NCBI GenBank assembly: GCA_050734515.1
Contig: JBOHUM010000010.1
Coordinates: 675 to 64,674 of the forward strand
DNA from: Candidatus Dormibacteria bacterium
GTDB lineage: Bacteria > Chloroflexota > Dormibacteria > Aeolococcales > Bog-877
Length of the DNA stretch: 64,000 nt
Direction of reading: 5' to 3'
Shown: piece after piece, positions 11,079-20,347 of the stretch
Numbering within the stretch: position 1 is the stretch's first letter
Layout: every line of letters starts with the position of its first letter
Translations under genes and position numbers: made by a program
Notes under the pieces: generated by a model
Databases searched by the model: none
Told to the model about the DNA's origin: nothing
What the model saw: the letters and a program-made list of their open reading frames with translations, nothing else

Positions 11079-11501
11079 CTAGCCCCCTCCGGGGCCGGCC
11101 AGCCAGGCGACCGGGACGGCGCCGCTCAACTCCTGATCCCCGAGCTGGACCCGGAGCCGGGGGCCCGGCCCTGATTCAGGCCGCCCGCCCAGCCCGGCGG
11201 TCGGCAGCCGGTAAAGGGCAACCGCCGGGCCTCCGGAGATGCCCCAGCCGGCTGCCTCCACCAGCTCCGCCCCCACCCGCTCCCGGCCCGACTCCAGGAC
11301 CAACCCGGGGTCGCCCAGCCTGACCTCGCCGCCGCGGTTGCCCTCCTCGGCCGGGGAGCGGAAGAACAGCAGCAGCGCCTGGTCCGGGTCGGCCGGCGCC
11401 CACTGGGGCGGGACCTGGCCTACCAGGAGCAGGCTGTGGCGAGCGTCCAGGGCCAGCTCCTGCGGCGAGGCTCCGGGGTCGCCTGGTCCAAGCGGGGGCA
11501 T
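11079..11501 (-). CDS. Hypothetical protein (140 aa) leading the ChlD/ChlI-like genes
   Basis: ATG at 11501, stop at 11079-11081, which is 2 nt before the ChlD-like GTG. Codon third positions are GC-rich as in real genes. I recognise no motif. The longer 374-aa ORF would run antisense through npdG and is rejected. Confidence 0.4.
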   Translation of the reverse strand: MPPLGPGDPGASPQELALDARHSLLLVGQVPPQWAPADPDQALLLFFRSPAEEGNRGGEVRLGDPGLVLESGRERVGAELVEAAGWGISGGPAVALYRLPTAGLGGRPESGPGPRLRVQLGDQELSGAVPVAWLAGPGGG

Positions 11502-11567
11502 GATCGATATCGTAGGTTGCGGCCAGGGGCCGGCCGCCCGGCCCGCCATCGGGAGCTTGAGGAGGCG

Positions 11568-12242
11568 GTGCCGTTGAACGCGCCCGCGGAGGTGACGATC
11601 CTGGGCGGCACCGGCCCCCTGGGGCGGGGGCTGGCCCTGCGCCTGGCCCGGGCCGGGGTCGAGGTCTGCCTGGGCTCGCGCGACCCGGCCCGGGCCCAGG
11701 CCGAGGCCGCCAAGCTGGGCGCCCGACTGCCCCTGGGCTCCGCCCCCGTCTCCGGCACCGGCAACGCCCAGGCCCTGCCGCCCGGGCGGCTGGCGATCCT
11801 GGCCGTTCCCTACAGCGCCCAGCCCGGTTTGCTGGGGGAGCTGGGCGCAGCTCTGGGCGGGCGGATCGTGGTCTCGACCGCGGTGCCGATGGCCTTCGCC
11901 CAGGGCCTGCCCCATCCCCTGCACCCCGAGGCCGGCTCGGCGGCCGAGGAGGTGGCGGCGCTCTGTCCCCAGGCCCTGGTGGTGGGCGCCTTCCATACCG
12001 TGAGCGCCGACAACCTCGGCGCCCTGGAGCGGGAGCTGGACGAGGACATCCTGGTCAGCTCCGACCACCAGGCGGCCAAGCTGGAGGTGCAGCGCCTGGT
12101 CGAGACCGTCCCGGGGCTGCGGGGGGTGGATGCCGGGCCCCTGGCCAACGCCGCCTTCAGCGAGGGCCTGACGCCCTTCCTGCTCCGGCTCAACCGCGTC
12201 CACCGGGCCCGCGCCGGGGTGAGGATCACCGGCCTCCCCTGA
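11568..12242 (+). CDS. npdG: F420-dependent NADP oxidoreductase (NpdG/Fno-like)
   Basis: GTG 11568 is preceded by GAGGAGG. The protein has an N-terminal Rossmann motif (VTILGGTGPLGRGLALRLARAG) and a C-terminal LRLNR motif typical of Fno/NpdG. Confidence 0.8.
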   Translation: MPLNAPAEVTILGGTGPLGRGLALRLARAGVEVCLGSRDPARAQAEAAKLGARLPLGSAPVSGTGNAQALPPGRLAILAVPYSAQPGLLGELGAALGGRIVVSTAVPMAFAQGLPHPLHPEAGSAAEEVAALCPQALVVGAFHTVSADNLGALERELDEDILVSSDHQAAKLEVQRLVETVPGLRGVDAGPLANAAFSEGLTPFLLRLNRVHRARAGVRITGLP

Positions 12243-12251
12243 GGCCAGCGA

Positions 12252-13622
12252 TCAGATGTGGATCGCCAGCCCCTCGGCGGCCAGGGCCGCCTCCTTGAGG
12301 CTCTCGCTTAGGGTGGGGTGGGCGTGCACCAGGGCCTCGAACTGGTCCGCCTTGACCCCGGCCCAGGCAGCCAGCACCATCTCCGGCAGCAGCTCCGTGA
12401 CCTCGGCGCCGATCGCGTGGGTGCCCAGCAGCCGCCCGCTGGCGCCGTCGACCACGGTCTTGATGAAGCCGACGGTCTCGCCCATGGCGATCGCCTTGCC
12501 GCTGGCGCTGAAGGGGAACTTGCCCACCCGGACGGTCAGCCCCCGCTCACGAGCCTGGGCCTCGGTGAGGCCGGTGGATGCCACCTGGGGCTGGCAGTAG
12601 GTGCAGCGCGGCACCTGCACCGGGTCCAGCGGCGGCACCTCCCGGCCGGCAGCGGTCTCGACCGCGATCACGCCCTCGGCGCTGGCGGCGTGGGCTAGCA
12701 GCGGCGGCCCGGTCACGTCCCCGATCGCGAACACCCCGGGGACGTTGGTGCGCTGCTGGGAGTCGACCTTGATCCAACCGCCCTCCAGCGCCACCCCCAG
12801 CTCCTCCAAGCCCAGCTCCTCGACATTGCCCTGGACCCCGGTGGCGCTGAGCACCATCTCCGTCTCCAGGACCTCGCCGCCCTCCAGGTGCAGGCGCCAG
12901 GAGTCGCCCTGGCGCTCGCTGCGCTGGATCAGCTTCCCGGTCACGACCGCGATCCCCTGGCGCTCGAACTGCCGGGTCAGCTCCCGGGAGACGTCCTCGT
13001 CCTCCTGGGGCAGGAGTCGGGCCAGGGCCTCGACCACGGTCACCCGCACCCCGTAGCTGGAGTAGACGTAGGCGAACTCGACCCCGATCGCCCCGCCCCC
13101 GACGATCACGCAGCTGGCGGGCAGCCGGCGCAGCTCCAGGGCCTCCCGGGAGGTGAAGCTGGTGCGCCCGTCCGGGTCCAGCCCGGGCGGGTTCTTGGGC
13201 CGGGCACCGGTGGCGATCACGATCTGGGACGCGGTCACCCGCTGGCCCAAGCCCGCCACCTCGATGATCTGCTCCGAGACCAGCCGGCCCCGCCCCCGGA
13301 CCACTTCGATGCCGTTCTTGCGCATGAGGAAGGCCACGCCCTGGGTGAGGCGCTGCACCACCTCACGACTGCGGCTGATGGCCGAGTCGAAGTCCGCCGC
13401 CACCTCGCCCACTTGGATGCCGAAGCTCTGCGCGTCCCGGACCAGGTGCAGGACCTCGCAGTTACGCAGCAGCGCCTTGGAGGGGATGCAGCCCCAGTTG
13501 AGGCAGATCCCCCCCAGGGTCTCCGCCTCCTCGACCACGGTCACCGCCATGCCCAGCTGGGCGGCGCGGATCGCCGCCACATAGCCCCCGGGCCCTGACC
13601 CCAGCACCGCCAGGTCCTTCAT
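12252..13622 (-). CDS. lpd: Dihydrolipoyl dehydrogenase (E3)
   Basis: Start taken at ATG 13622 (MKDLAVLGSGPGGYVAAIRAAQLG). It has the redox-active disulfide motif GGICLNWGCIPSK and a C-terminal HAHPTLSE interface motif. Confidence 0.9.
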   Translation of the reverse strand: MKDLAVLGSGPGGYVAAIRAAQLGMAVTVVEEAETLGGICLNWGCIPSKALLRNCEVLHLVRDAQSFGIQVGEVAADFDSAISRSREVVQRLTQGVAFLMRKNGIEVVRGRGRLVSEQIIEVAGLGQRVTASQIVIATGARPKNPPGLDPDGRTSFTSREALELRRLPASCVIVGGGAIGVEFAYVYSSYGVRVTVVEALARLLPQEDEDVSRELTRQFERQGIAVVTGKLIQRSERQGDSWRLHLEGGEVLETEMVLSATGVQGNVEELGLEELGVALEGGWIKVDSQQRTNVPGVFAIGDVTGPPLLAHAASAEGVIAVETAAGREVPPLDPVQVPRCTYCQPQVASTGLTEAQARERGLTVRVGKFPFSASGKAIAMGETVGFIKTVVDGASGRLLGTHAIGAEVTELLPEMVLAAWAGVKADQFEALVHAHPTLSESLKEAALAAEGLAIHI

Positions 13623-13750
13623 CGCCGCGAAGCCCGGCGGGAGTGGTTCAGCCGCCCCTCGGCCACACGCCCCAGACGGCCGCGCCGGCATCCAGACCCC
13701 ACCCTCTCATTGTATTGAGGGGTGGCCCACGCTCATGGGCCCCGCCTGCC

Positions 13751-15037
13751 TCAGAGCAGGCAGGCGGTGGGGTGCTCCAGGCACCAGCGCAGGTAGGCCA
13801 GCGCCTCGGCCCCCTGGGCGCCGTCGATGACGCGATGGTCCAGGGCCAGGGTCAGGGCCAGGCGCTGGCCCGGCACCACCGCCCCCGCCCTGACCACCGC
13901 CAGCTCCCGGACCTCCCCCACCGCCAGCACGCTGCCCTGGCCGGGGGTGATGATGGCGGCAAACTGGCTCACCCCGAACATGCCCAGGTTGCTGATCGCG
14001 GTGTGGCCCCCGGAGAGCTCCTCGGGCCGGAGCTGGTTGGCCTTGGCCCGGGCAGCCAGGTCGTGGGCCCGGCGCGAGAGCTCGGCGAAGGTGAGCGCCT
14101 GGCAGCCGCGCAGCACCGGAGCCACCAGGCCGTCGGGCAGCGCCACCGCCAGGGCGATGTTGCTCTGCTGGTAGCGGCGCACCCCGTCGCCCACCCAGGC
14201 GGCGTTGAGCGCCGGATGCCGCTGCAGGGTGAGCCCCAGGGCCCGGATCAGGAAGTCGGTGACCGAGAAGTGGGGCAGCTCCGCCTCCCCCAGCTGATTG
14301 AGCTCGGACCGCAGCCGCAGCAGTGGTTCCACCTCCACCTCGGTGCTGAGATAGAAATGGGGGATGGTCGCCTTGGCCTCGGCCATCCGCCGGGCGATCG
14401 CCTCCCGCATCCGGGAGAGGGGCACCGCCTCGGAGGGATCGCCGCCGTCAGGGCCGGGAGCCGCGCCGGCCGAGCTGGGGGACCCCCCGCCCCAGGCCGC
14501 CTCCACGTCCTCCGCCCGGATCCGCCCGCTCGGGCCGCTGGCGGCGACCGCTTCCAGGGCCACCCCCAGCTCGCGGGCCCGGCGCCGCGCCAGTGGGCTG
14601 GCCTTGACCCGGGGCCCCTGGCCCGCCGGTGGGCTGGCGACCTCGGTGCGGGCGCCGGCGTTGATGGTCCGCGCCCAGTCGGGGACCGGGGTCGGGCCTG
14701 CCGGCTCGGCCGGCTCCGCTTCCTCCGAAGGCGTCTCGGCCTCCGCCGGGGGCGGGGGCGGGGGTGGAGGCGCTTCCTCGGCCGGCGCCAGCTCCTCTTC
14801 GGGCTCGGCGATGACGGCGATCGGCTGCCCGACCGGGACCTTGGTCCCCGGGGCCACCAGGATCTTGCGCAGCACCCCGCTGGCGTAGGCCTCGATGTCG
14901 ATGTCGGCCTTCTCGGTGGCGATCGAGGCGATGACGTCCCCGCGCTCCACCTTGGCCCCCTCCTCGACCAGCCAGCGGTTGATCGAGCCCTCGGTCATGT
15001 CATAGCCCATCTGGGGCATGGTCACCTGGTAGGCCAT
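13751..15037 (-). CDS. Dihydrolipoamide acyltransferase (E2) of a 2-oxoacid dehydrogenase complex
   Basis: Start at ATG 15037 (MAYQVTMPQMGYDMTEG). It has a lipoyl domain with TEKADIDIEA, a Pro/Ala linker that includes eight consecutive Pro, a subunit-binding domain, and a catalytic domain ending in DHRVIDGAQGA. Confidence 0.9.
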   Translation of the reverse strand: MAYQVTMPQMGYDMTEGSINRWLVEEGAKVERGDVIASIATEKADIDIEAYASGVLRKILVAPGTKVPVGQPIAVIAEPEEELAPAEEAPPPPPPPPAEAETPSEEAEPAEPAGPTPVPDWARTINAGARTEVASPPAGQGPRVKASPLARRRARELGVALEAVAASGPSGRIRAEDVEAAWGGGSPSSAGAAPGPDGGDPSEAVPLSRMREAIARRMAEAKATIPHFYLSTEVEVEPLLRLRSELNQLGEAELPHFSVTDFLIRALGLTLQRHPALNAAWVGDGVRRYQQSNIALAVALPDGLVAPVLRGCQALTFAELSRRAHDLAARAKANQLRPEELSGGHTAISNLGMFGVSQFAAIITPGQGSVLAVGEVRELAVVRAGAVVPGQRLALTLALDHRVIDGAQGAEALAYLRWCLEHPTACLL

Positions 15038-15038
15038 C

Positions 15039-16022
15039 TCAGTTGAGCTGGCGCACCGCCGCCACCACCTGCTCGCTGCCCGGGACCAGCGCCTGCTCCA
15101 GCCGGCGCGAGTAGGCCATGGGCGCATCCCGCATCGCCACCCGCTGGATGGGGCCGTCGAGGTCGTCGAAGCAACGGTCCTGGATCTCACTGAGCAGGGC
15201 CGCGCCGAAGCCGCCGGTGCGCCAGTCCTCACCGCAGAGCACCAGCTGGTGGGTCCGCCGCACCGACTCCACCACGGTCGGGTAGTCGACGGGGCGCAGG
15301 CTGCGCAGGTCGATGACCTCGCAGTCGATGCCGTCCTCTCGCTCCAGCACCTCGGCCGCATGCTGCGCCTGCAGGAGCATCCGCGAGTACCCCACCAAGG
15401 TGACGTCATGGCCCTCGCGCACCACCTTGGCGCGGCCGATCGGGCACTCCCGGTCCTCAGCGCTGCCGGGCTCGGGCACCTCGCCCTTGGTGCTGTAGAG
15501 CAGGCTGTGCTCGATGAAGATCACCGGGTCGGGGTCGCGCACCGCCGCCAGCAGCAGCCCCCGGGCGTCGGCGGGGGTGGCGGGCATCACCACCTTCAGG
15601 CCCGGGACCGAGGCGAACCAGCCCTCGAAGGTCTGGGAGTGGGTGGGCCCCAGCTGACCGAAGCCGGAGACGGTGCGGATCACCAGCGGCACCGACCACT
15701 GGCCGCCGAACATGTAGTGGAGCTTGGCGGCGCTGTTGACGATCTGGTCCAGAGCCAAGAGGGCGAAGTTGACCGTCATCAGCTCCGCCACCGGGCGCAG
15801 GCCCCCCATCGCCACCCCCACCGCGAAGCCGACGATCCCGGCCTCGGCGATGGGCGTCTCCATCACCCGCTTGGGCCCGAACTCGTCGATCAGCCCCTTG
15901 GTGACGGCATAGGAGCCACCGTAGCCGGTGATGCTCTCCCCCATCAGGATCACCCGCGGGTCCTGAGCCATCTCCTCCCGGAGCGCGCCCCGCACCGCCT
16001 CGCGATAGGTGAGCTCGGGCAT
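15039..16022 (-). CDS. pdhB: 2-oxoacid dehydrogenase E1 beta subunit
   Basis: Start at ATG 16022 (MPELTYREAVRGALREEM). It has transketolase-like pyrimidine-binding and C-terminal domains. A 1-nt gap separates it from each neighbour. PDH versus BCKDH or acetoin specificity is not resolved. Confidence 0.9.
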   Translation of the reverse strand: MPELTYREAVRGALREEMAQDPRVILMGESITGYGGSYAVTKGLIDEFGPKRVMETPIAEAGIVGFAVGVAMGGLRPVAELMTVNFALLALDQIVNSAAKLHYMFGGQWSVPLVIRTVSGFGQLGPTHSQTFEGWFASVPGLKVVMPATPADARGLLLAAVRDPDPVIFIEHSLLYSTKGEVPEPGSAEDRECPIGRAKVVREGHDVTLVGYSRMLLQAQHAAEVLEREDGIDCEVIDLRSLRPVDYPTVVESVRRTHQLVLCGEDWRTGGFGAALLSEIQDRCFDDLDGPIQRVAMRDAPMAYSRRLEQALVPGSEQVVAAVRQLN

Positions 16023-16023
16023 C

Positions 16024-17148
16024 TCAGCCGCCCGCCTCGGCGGCCTGCGGCTGGCGAACCGCCGCGGGCGGGGCCTCGGAGGCGGTGTCCGCCCCCGGCG
16101 CCTCGGGGTCGATGGGCTTGGCGTAGATGAAGCGGTCCACCTCGGCTGGGTCCGGCCAGGGGGAGCGGTCGGCGAAGGCCACCGCCTCGAGCATCTCCTG
16201 CTCCAGTTCCTCGTTGATCTGCACCAGCTCGCGCTCGCTGCAGACCCGGTGGCGGACGCAGAAGTCGCCGAAGCGGGGGATCGGGTCCTGGGTCCGCCAG
16301 CGCTGCACCTCGGCCTTGTCCCGGTAGAGCTCGGGATCGGCCATGGAGTGGCCGCGGAAGCGGTAGGTGAGCGCCTCCACGAAATAGGGGCCCTTGCCGC
16401 TGCGGCAATGGGCCGCGGCCTCGGCCACCGCCTCGTAGACCGAGAGCACGTCCATGCCATCGCACTGGCGGGCGGGCATGGTGTAGCCCTCGGCCTTGAT
16501 CATCATCTCCTTGACCGGGGACTCCTCGGCCAGGGTGGCGCCCATGCCGTAGAGGTTGTTCTCGCAGACGAAGATCACCGGCAGGTTCCAGAGGGCCGCC
16601 ATGTTCAGGCCCTCGTGGAAGATGCCGTTGCCGGTGGCGCCGTCGCCGAAGAAGTCGAGCACGATCTGGTCACTGCCCTGGTACTGCATGGCGTAGGCCA
16701 TGCCCGCGCCGATGGGGATGTGGGAGCCGACGATGGCGTAGCCCCCCCAGAAGTGGCGGCTGGCGTCGGCCAGGTGCATGGAGCCGCCCCGACCGTGGCA
16801 GAGGCCGTCCTGGCGGCCGAAGAGCTCGGCCATGCAGGCCTTGGGGTCGCAGCCGCGGGTCAGGGCGTAGCCGTGGTCGCGGTAGTGGCCCAGGACGTGG
16901 TCGGTCTCCCGGGCCGCCCCCAAGGCACCCACCGCCACCGCCTCCTCGCCGATGTAGAGGTGGAGGAAGCCACCCACCTTGGCCTGGGCGTAGGCCTCGG
17001 CGGCGTGCTCCTCGAAGCGGCGGATCCGGACCAGTTGGCGGTACATCTGCCGGCACTGGGCGGGGGTCAGGCCCAGGGGCAGGTCCCCCAGTCCCCCTTT
17101 GCCGGCGGGTTTGGAGCGTGCCCGTCCGGCACGCGCGCTGGGGACCAC
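16024..17148 (-). CDS. pdhA: 2-oxoacid dehydrogenase E1 alpha subunit (TPP-binding)
   Basis: 374-aa ORF. Motifs seen: GFLHLYIGEEAVAVG, HYRDHG, and the TPP motif GDGATGNG...NN. Confidence 0.9.
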   Translation of the reverse strand: MVPSARAGRARSKPAGKGGLGDLPLGLTPAQCRQMYRQLVRIRRFEEHAAEAYAQAKVGGFLHLYIGEEAVAVGALGAARETDHVLGHYRDHGYALTRGCDPKACMAELFGRQDGLCHGRGGSMHLADASRHFWGGYAIVGSHIPIGAGMAYAMQYQGSDQIVLDFFGDGATGNGIFHEGLNMAALWNLPVIFVCENNLYGMGATLAEESPVKEMMIKAEGYTMPARQCDGMDVLSVYEAVAEAAAHCRSGKGPYFVEALTYRFRGHSMADPELYRDKAEVQRWRTQDPIPRFGDFCVRHRVCSERELVQINEELEQEMLEAVAFADRSPWPDPAEVDRFIYAKPIDPEAPGADTASEAPPAAVRQPQAAEAGG

Positions 17149-17274
17149 GACGCCAGTTTAGGAGCTATTCCCGGGAGACACCCCGCCGCGATTGAACCGT
17201 CATGGCGGCATCGCCCCCGCGGCTTGGCTTCTCGCTCCCGCAGCCCTCATCGCCGCCCCACAGCTCCGCCCGCC

Positions 17275-20175
17275 CTACCACTCCACCAGGGTCCAGACCT
17301 CGGGCCGGAGCCGCTCCTCAGGGTCGACCAGGACGAAGCTCTGGGCGGACTCCCGGAGATGGTGGTCGGCCCGGGTGTGCTCGCCTTGGGCGTGGAGCAG
17401 GTCAGCCATGTTGGTGTGGAGCGCCGCCAGGCGGTGGCGGTCGGCCAGCTCGGCCCCCAACCGCAACGCCTCCTCGGCCGCGGCCAGCGCCTCCGCCGCC
17501 CGGCCCGCCTGGGCCAAACTGCGGCTGCGGTTGTTGAGGGCGGCCACCTGGGCCGGGGTGTCCCCAGCCTGGCGGGCCTGGTCCAGGCTTTGCTTAAGAA
17601 GCTCACAGGCCTGGAGGCCCTCGCCCGCCTGGGCGGCCAGCACCCCCAGCACGTTGAGTGCCTGGGCGGCGGCCAGGCGGTCCTCGAGCCGCCCCGCCTG
17701 GGTCAGCGCCTGCCGCGCCCGGCGGCGCGCCTCCTGGGGCCGCGCCTGGCGGTAGGCGAGCAGGGCCAGGTCGGCCCCCAGGCGGGCGCGGCGGCGGGGA
17801 TCGCCCCGGCCCAGCAGCCGCAAGGCGGCCTGCAGGTGGGCCTGGGCCAGCTCCCACTCCCCGAGACGGTGGTGGATCTCGGCCAGCTTGTGCTCGATCT
17901 GGCTGCCGAGCTCGGGGTCCTGATTGACCGCCGATGCCCCCCGCAGCGCCGCCAGCGCCTCCTGGTAGCGGCCGAGGAAGGTCAGCGTCTCCGCATCGGC
18001 CAGCAGCACCGGCAGGCGAGGATGGCCACAGGCCAGCGCCCGGCCCAGGTAGCTGTGGGCCTCCTCGTGGGCGTAGAGGCTGTTGGCGCGAACGGCCGCC
18101 CGCCACCACCACTGGGCCGCCTCCGACTCTCTGCCCGCTAGCTCGAGGTGGTCGGCGAGCCGGGCGGGCGGGACCTGGGCCGGGTCCCGCTCCCGAAGCC
18201 GGAGCAGGGCGTCGGCGGCGCGCTTGTGCAGCAGCCGGCGCCGGGCCCAGGTGTTGCGCTCGTAGGTGAGCCGGCGAAGCACCTCGTAGGCGAAGTCGTA
18301 GGTGGGGGCAGACCCGGCCCCCAGCGGTCCGCGCTCCAGCAAGAGCCCCTGGCGGACCGCCAGGTCGAGCCCTTCGGCGGTCTCGCCCTCGCCCCGCCCG
18401 CTCACCGCCCGCACCAGGTCGGCGTCGAAGTCGCCCGCCAGGGTGGCGGCGGCGGTGAGCAGCTGGAGCACCGACTCTCCCGCCGCTTGCAGGCGGGCGG
18501 CCACCAGCTGGCGGACCGTGGGCGGTACCCCGGCGATGGCGTTGGCGCCCTGGTTGAGCAGCAGCTGGGCGTACTCGCGTACCAGCAGCGGCAGGCCGCC
18601 GGTGGTGTCGAAGAGCCGCTCCCGCTCGGACTCGGCCAGCCCCATGGCGCCCGCCACCTGGGCAACTGCCTGGCGGTCCAGGGGAGTCAGCTCTAGCACC
18701 GACTGCCGCCCGGCCGCGGCCAGCTCCGCCAGCGCCGCCCGGATCCCGGCGAAGCCAACCGGCTCGGATGAGGGGGTCCAGGCCAGCACCACCGTGACCG
18801 GGAGCTCGCCCAGCCGCCGCAGCAGGTAGGCGAGCAGGTCGAGTGAGCGGGGGTCGGCGAACTGGAGGTCGTCAACCGCCAGCACCCCCGCCGGCCGCCC
18901 TCCCTGGCTCAGGGTCACCGCCACCGTCTCGGCCACCGAGCCGTAGAGCCGGGCCAGGGCGGCGGCGCTGTCCAGCGGCACCGGGTGGCTCCGGCTCCTG
19001 GGGGCGAGCTCGGGGAGCAGCCGAGCCGCCTCCAGGGCCACCCGCCCCGGCAGCAGTCGGGGTAGGTCCGGGCGCGCCGCCAGGCAGGCGGCCAGGATGT
19101 CCACCGCCAGGGAGTAGGTGATGCCACTCTCCCCGTCGTGGCCCCGCACCCGCACCAGTCGCGCCCGGGAACCCTCGACCAGGTCGCAGAAGTGGCCCAG
19201 CAGCGTGGTCTTGCCCACCCCCACCTCGCCCACCAGGCCCAGGGCCACGCCAGAGCTCCCCACCTCGGCCCAGGCGCCCCGCAGCGCCTCCAGCTCCTTC
19301 GCCCGGCCCACCATGGGGATTACCAGGGGGGCCCCGGCCCGGGTTGCCCGGGCCGGCTCGGGTGGTTCCAGGCGCTGAGCCAGGGCGGCCTCGTACAGGG
19401 AGGTCGTCTCCGAAAGCGGCGGCACCCCCAGCTCCTGGTCCAGCAGCTGGACGCAGCTGCGGTACTGGCGCACCGCCGCCGACCAGCGCCCGGTGGCGGC
19501 GTAGATCCGCAGCAGTGCCTGGTGCGCGGGCTCATGCAGCGGGTCCAGGGCCAGCCAGCGCTGAGCCGGCTCCAGGGCGGCCTCAAAGTCGCCCTGGGCC
19601 TGACGGGCCTCGACCAGGCGCTCCAGCACCCGGCCCAGCCCCAGGCGCAGGCGCTCGCTCACCTCCGCCTGCCAGTCGTCGAACTCCGGGCTGTCGCGGA
19701 GCTGGAAGCCGGTCAGGAAATCGCCCCGGTAGAGGGCCGCCGCCTGATCCCAGTCGCCGGGGGCGGCGGACTTGGTCAGCTCGCCGAAGCGGTCCACGTC
19801 AGTGGTCACCGCGACCAGATCCAGCGCGACCATGGAGCGGGTGATGCGCAGCGCCCCGGGCAGGGCCGAGGCGCTGACCGACAGGGTCCGCCGGAAGGCC
19901 GCCCGCGCCCGGGCCGGGTCCGATCCCGGCCAGAGCAGGCCGGTGAGGCGCTCGCGGCTCTCGGGGCGCCCTGAGACGGCCAGCAGCGCCAGGAGCGCCA
20001 CCGCCTTCCGGGTGTCGAAGTGCACAGGCTCCCCGTCCCGCTCCACCCAGGGCACCCCGAGCAGGGCGATGCGCGTCTCCGGCTCCCGCCCGGCCAGATC
20101 CCCCCGGCGTCCGATCGTTAGCTCCCGGCTCACTGCAGGCCCCACCGTAACGTTGCCGGAACGCTTGTGGGCCAT
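17275..20175 (-). CDS. SARP/AfsR-family regulator (winged-helix + BTAD + P-loop NTPase + TPR)
   Basis: Start taken at ATG 20175. It has an OmpR-type DNA-binding region (IALLGVPWVERDGEPVHF...LLALLAV), a BTAD region (ALYRGDFLTGF...DDWQAEV...LLRIYAATGRWSAAVRQY), a Walker A (GLVGEVGVGKTTLL) and a long TPR-like C-terminal half. Confidence 0.8.
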   Translation of the reverse strand: MAHKRSGNVTVGPAVSRELTIGRRGDLAGREPETRIALLGVPWVERDGEPVHFDTRKAVALLALLAVSGRPESRERLTGLLWPGSDPARARAAFRRTLSVSASALPGALRITRSMVALDLVAVTTDVDRFGELTKSAAPGDWDQAAALYRGDFLTGFQLRDSPEFDDWQAEVSERLRLGLGRVLERLVEARQAQGDFEAALEPAQRWLALDPLHEPAHQALLRIYAATGRWSAAVRQYRSCVQLLDQELGVPPLSETTSLYEAALAQRLEPPEPARATRAGAPLVIPMVGRAKELEALRGAWAEVGSSGVALGLVGEVGVGKTTLLGHFCDLVEGSRARLVRVRGHDGESGITYSLAVDILAACLAARPDLPRLLPGRVALEAARLLPELAPRSRSHPVPLDSAAALARLYGSVAETVAVTLSQGGRPAGVLAVDDLQFADPRSLDLLAYLLRRLGELPVTVVLAWTPSSEPVGFAGIRAALAELAAAGRQSVLELTPLDRQAVAQVAGAMGLAESERERLFDTTGGLPLLVREYAQLLLNQGANAIAGVPPTVRQLVAARLQAAGESVLQLLTAAATLAGDFDADLVRAVSGRGEGETAEGLDLAVRQGLLLERGPLGAGSAPTYDFAYEVLRRLTYERNTWARRRLLHKRAADALLRLRERDPAQVPPARLADHLELAGRESEAAQWWWRAAVRANSLYAHEEAHSYLGRALACGHPRLPVLLADAETLTFLGRYQEALAALRGASAVNQDPELGSQIEHKLAEIHHRLGEWELAQAHLQAALRLLGRGDPRRRARLGADLALLAYRQARPQEARRRARQALTQAGRLEDRLAAAQALNVLGVLAAQAGEGLQACELLKQSLDQARQAGDTPAQVAALNNRSRSLAQAGRAAEALAAAEEALRLGAELADRHRLAALHTNMADLLHAQGEHTRADHHLRESAQSFVLVDPEERLRPEVWTLVEW

Positions 20176-20347
20176 GATCGGCGACGCAATGGCCACATCG
20201 AGTTCGGGGACGGCCCTCCCCGACCAGCCCCTGGGGTCCTCCGACCCGGCGCCGGTGGCCCAGCTGGTGGCAGCCGCCGGTGGCGTCCAGGGCACTCCGG
20301 ACCGCCTGGGGCCAGGCCAGCCGCCAACACGAGGGTTGGCGCGCTGG

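Noticed and set aside
11502-12203. Upstream part of the 374-aa minus-strand ORF 11079..12203
   Set aside because: It is antisense to the well-supported npdG gene and low-complexity. Only the last 140 codons (from ATG 11501) are kept, and even those at low confidence.
13643-15046. 467-aa plus-strand ORF over the E2 gene
   Set aside because: It is an antisense shadow ORF typical of high-GC DNA, with no motifs, while the opposite strand encodes a clear lipoyl/E2 protein.
16009-18141. 710-aa plus-strand ORF
   Set aside because: It is antisense to E1 alpha and the SARP regulator, and its translation is Gly/Ala/Arg/Pro low-complexity.
19772-20347. N-terminal extension of the PP2C ORF (568 aa in the track)
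   Set aside because: It would run antisense through the SARP regulator's DNA-binding domain, and the extension is Ser/Arg/Pro-rich. A start at or after 20348 leaves a normal divergent promoter region.
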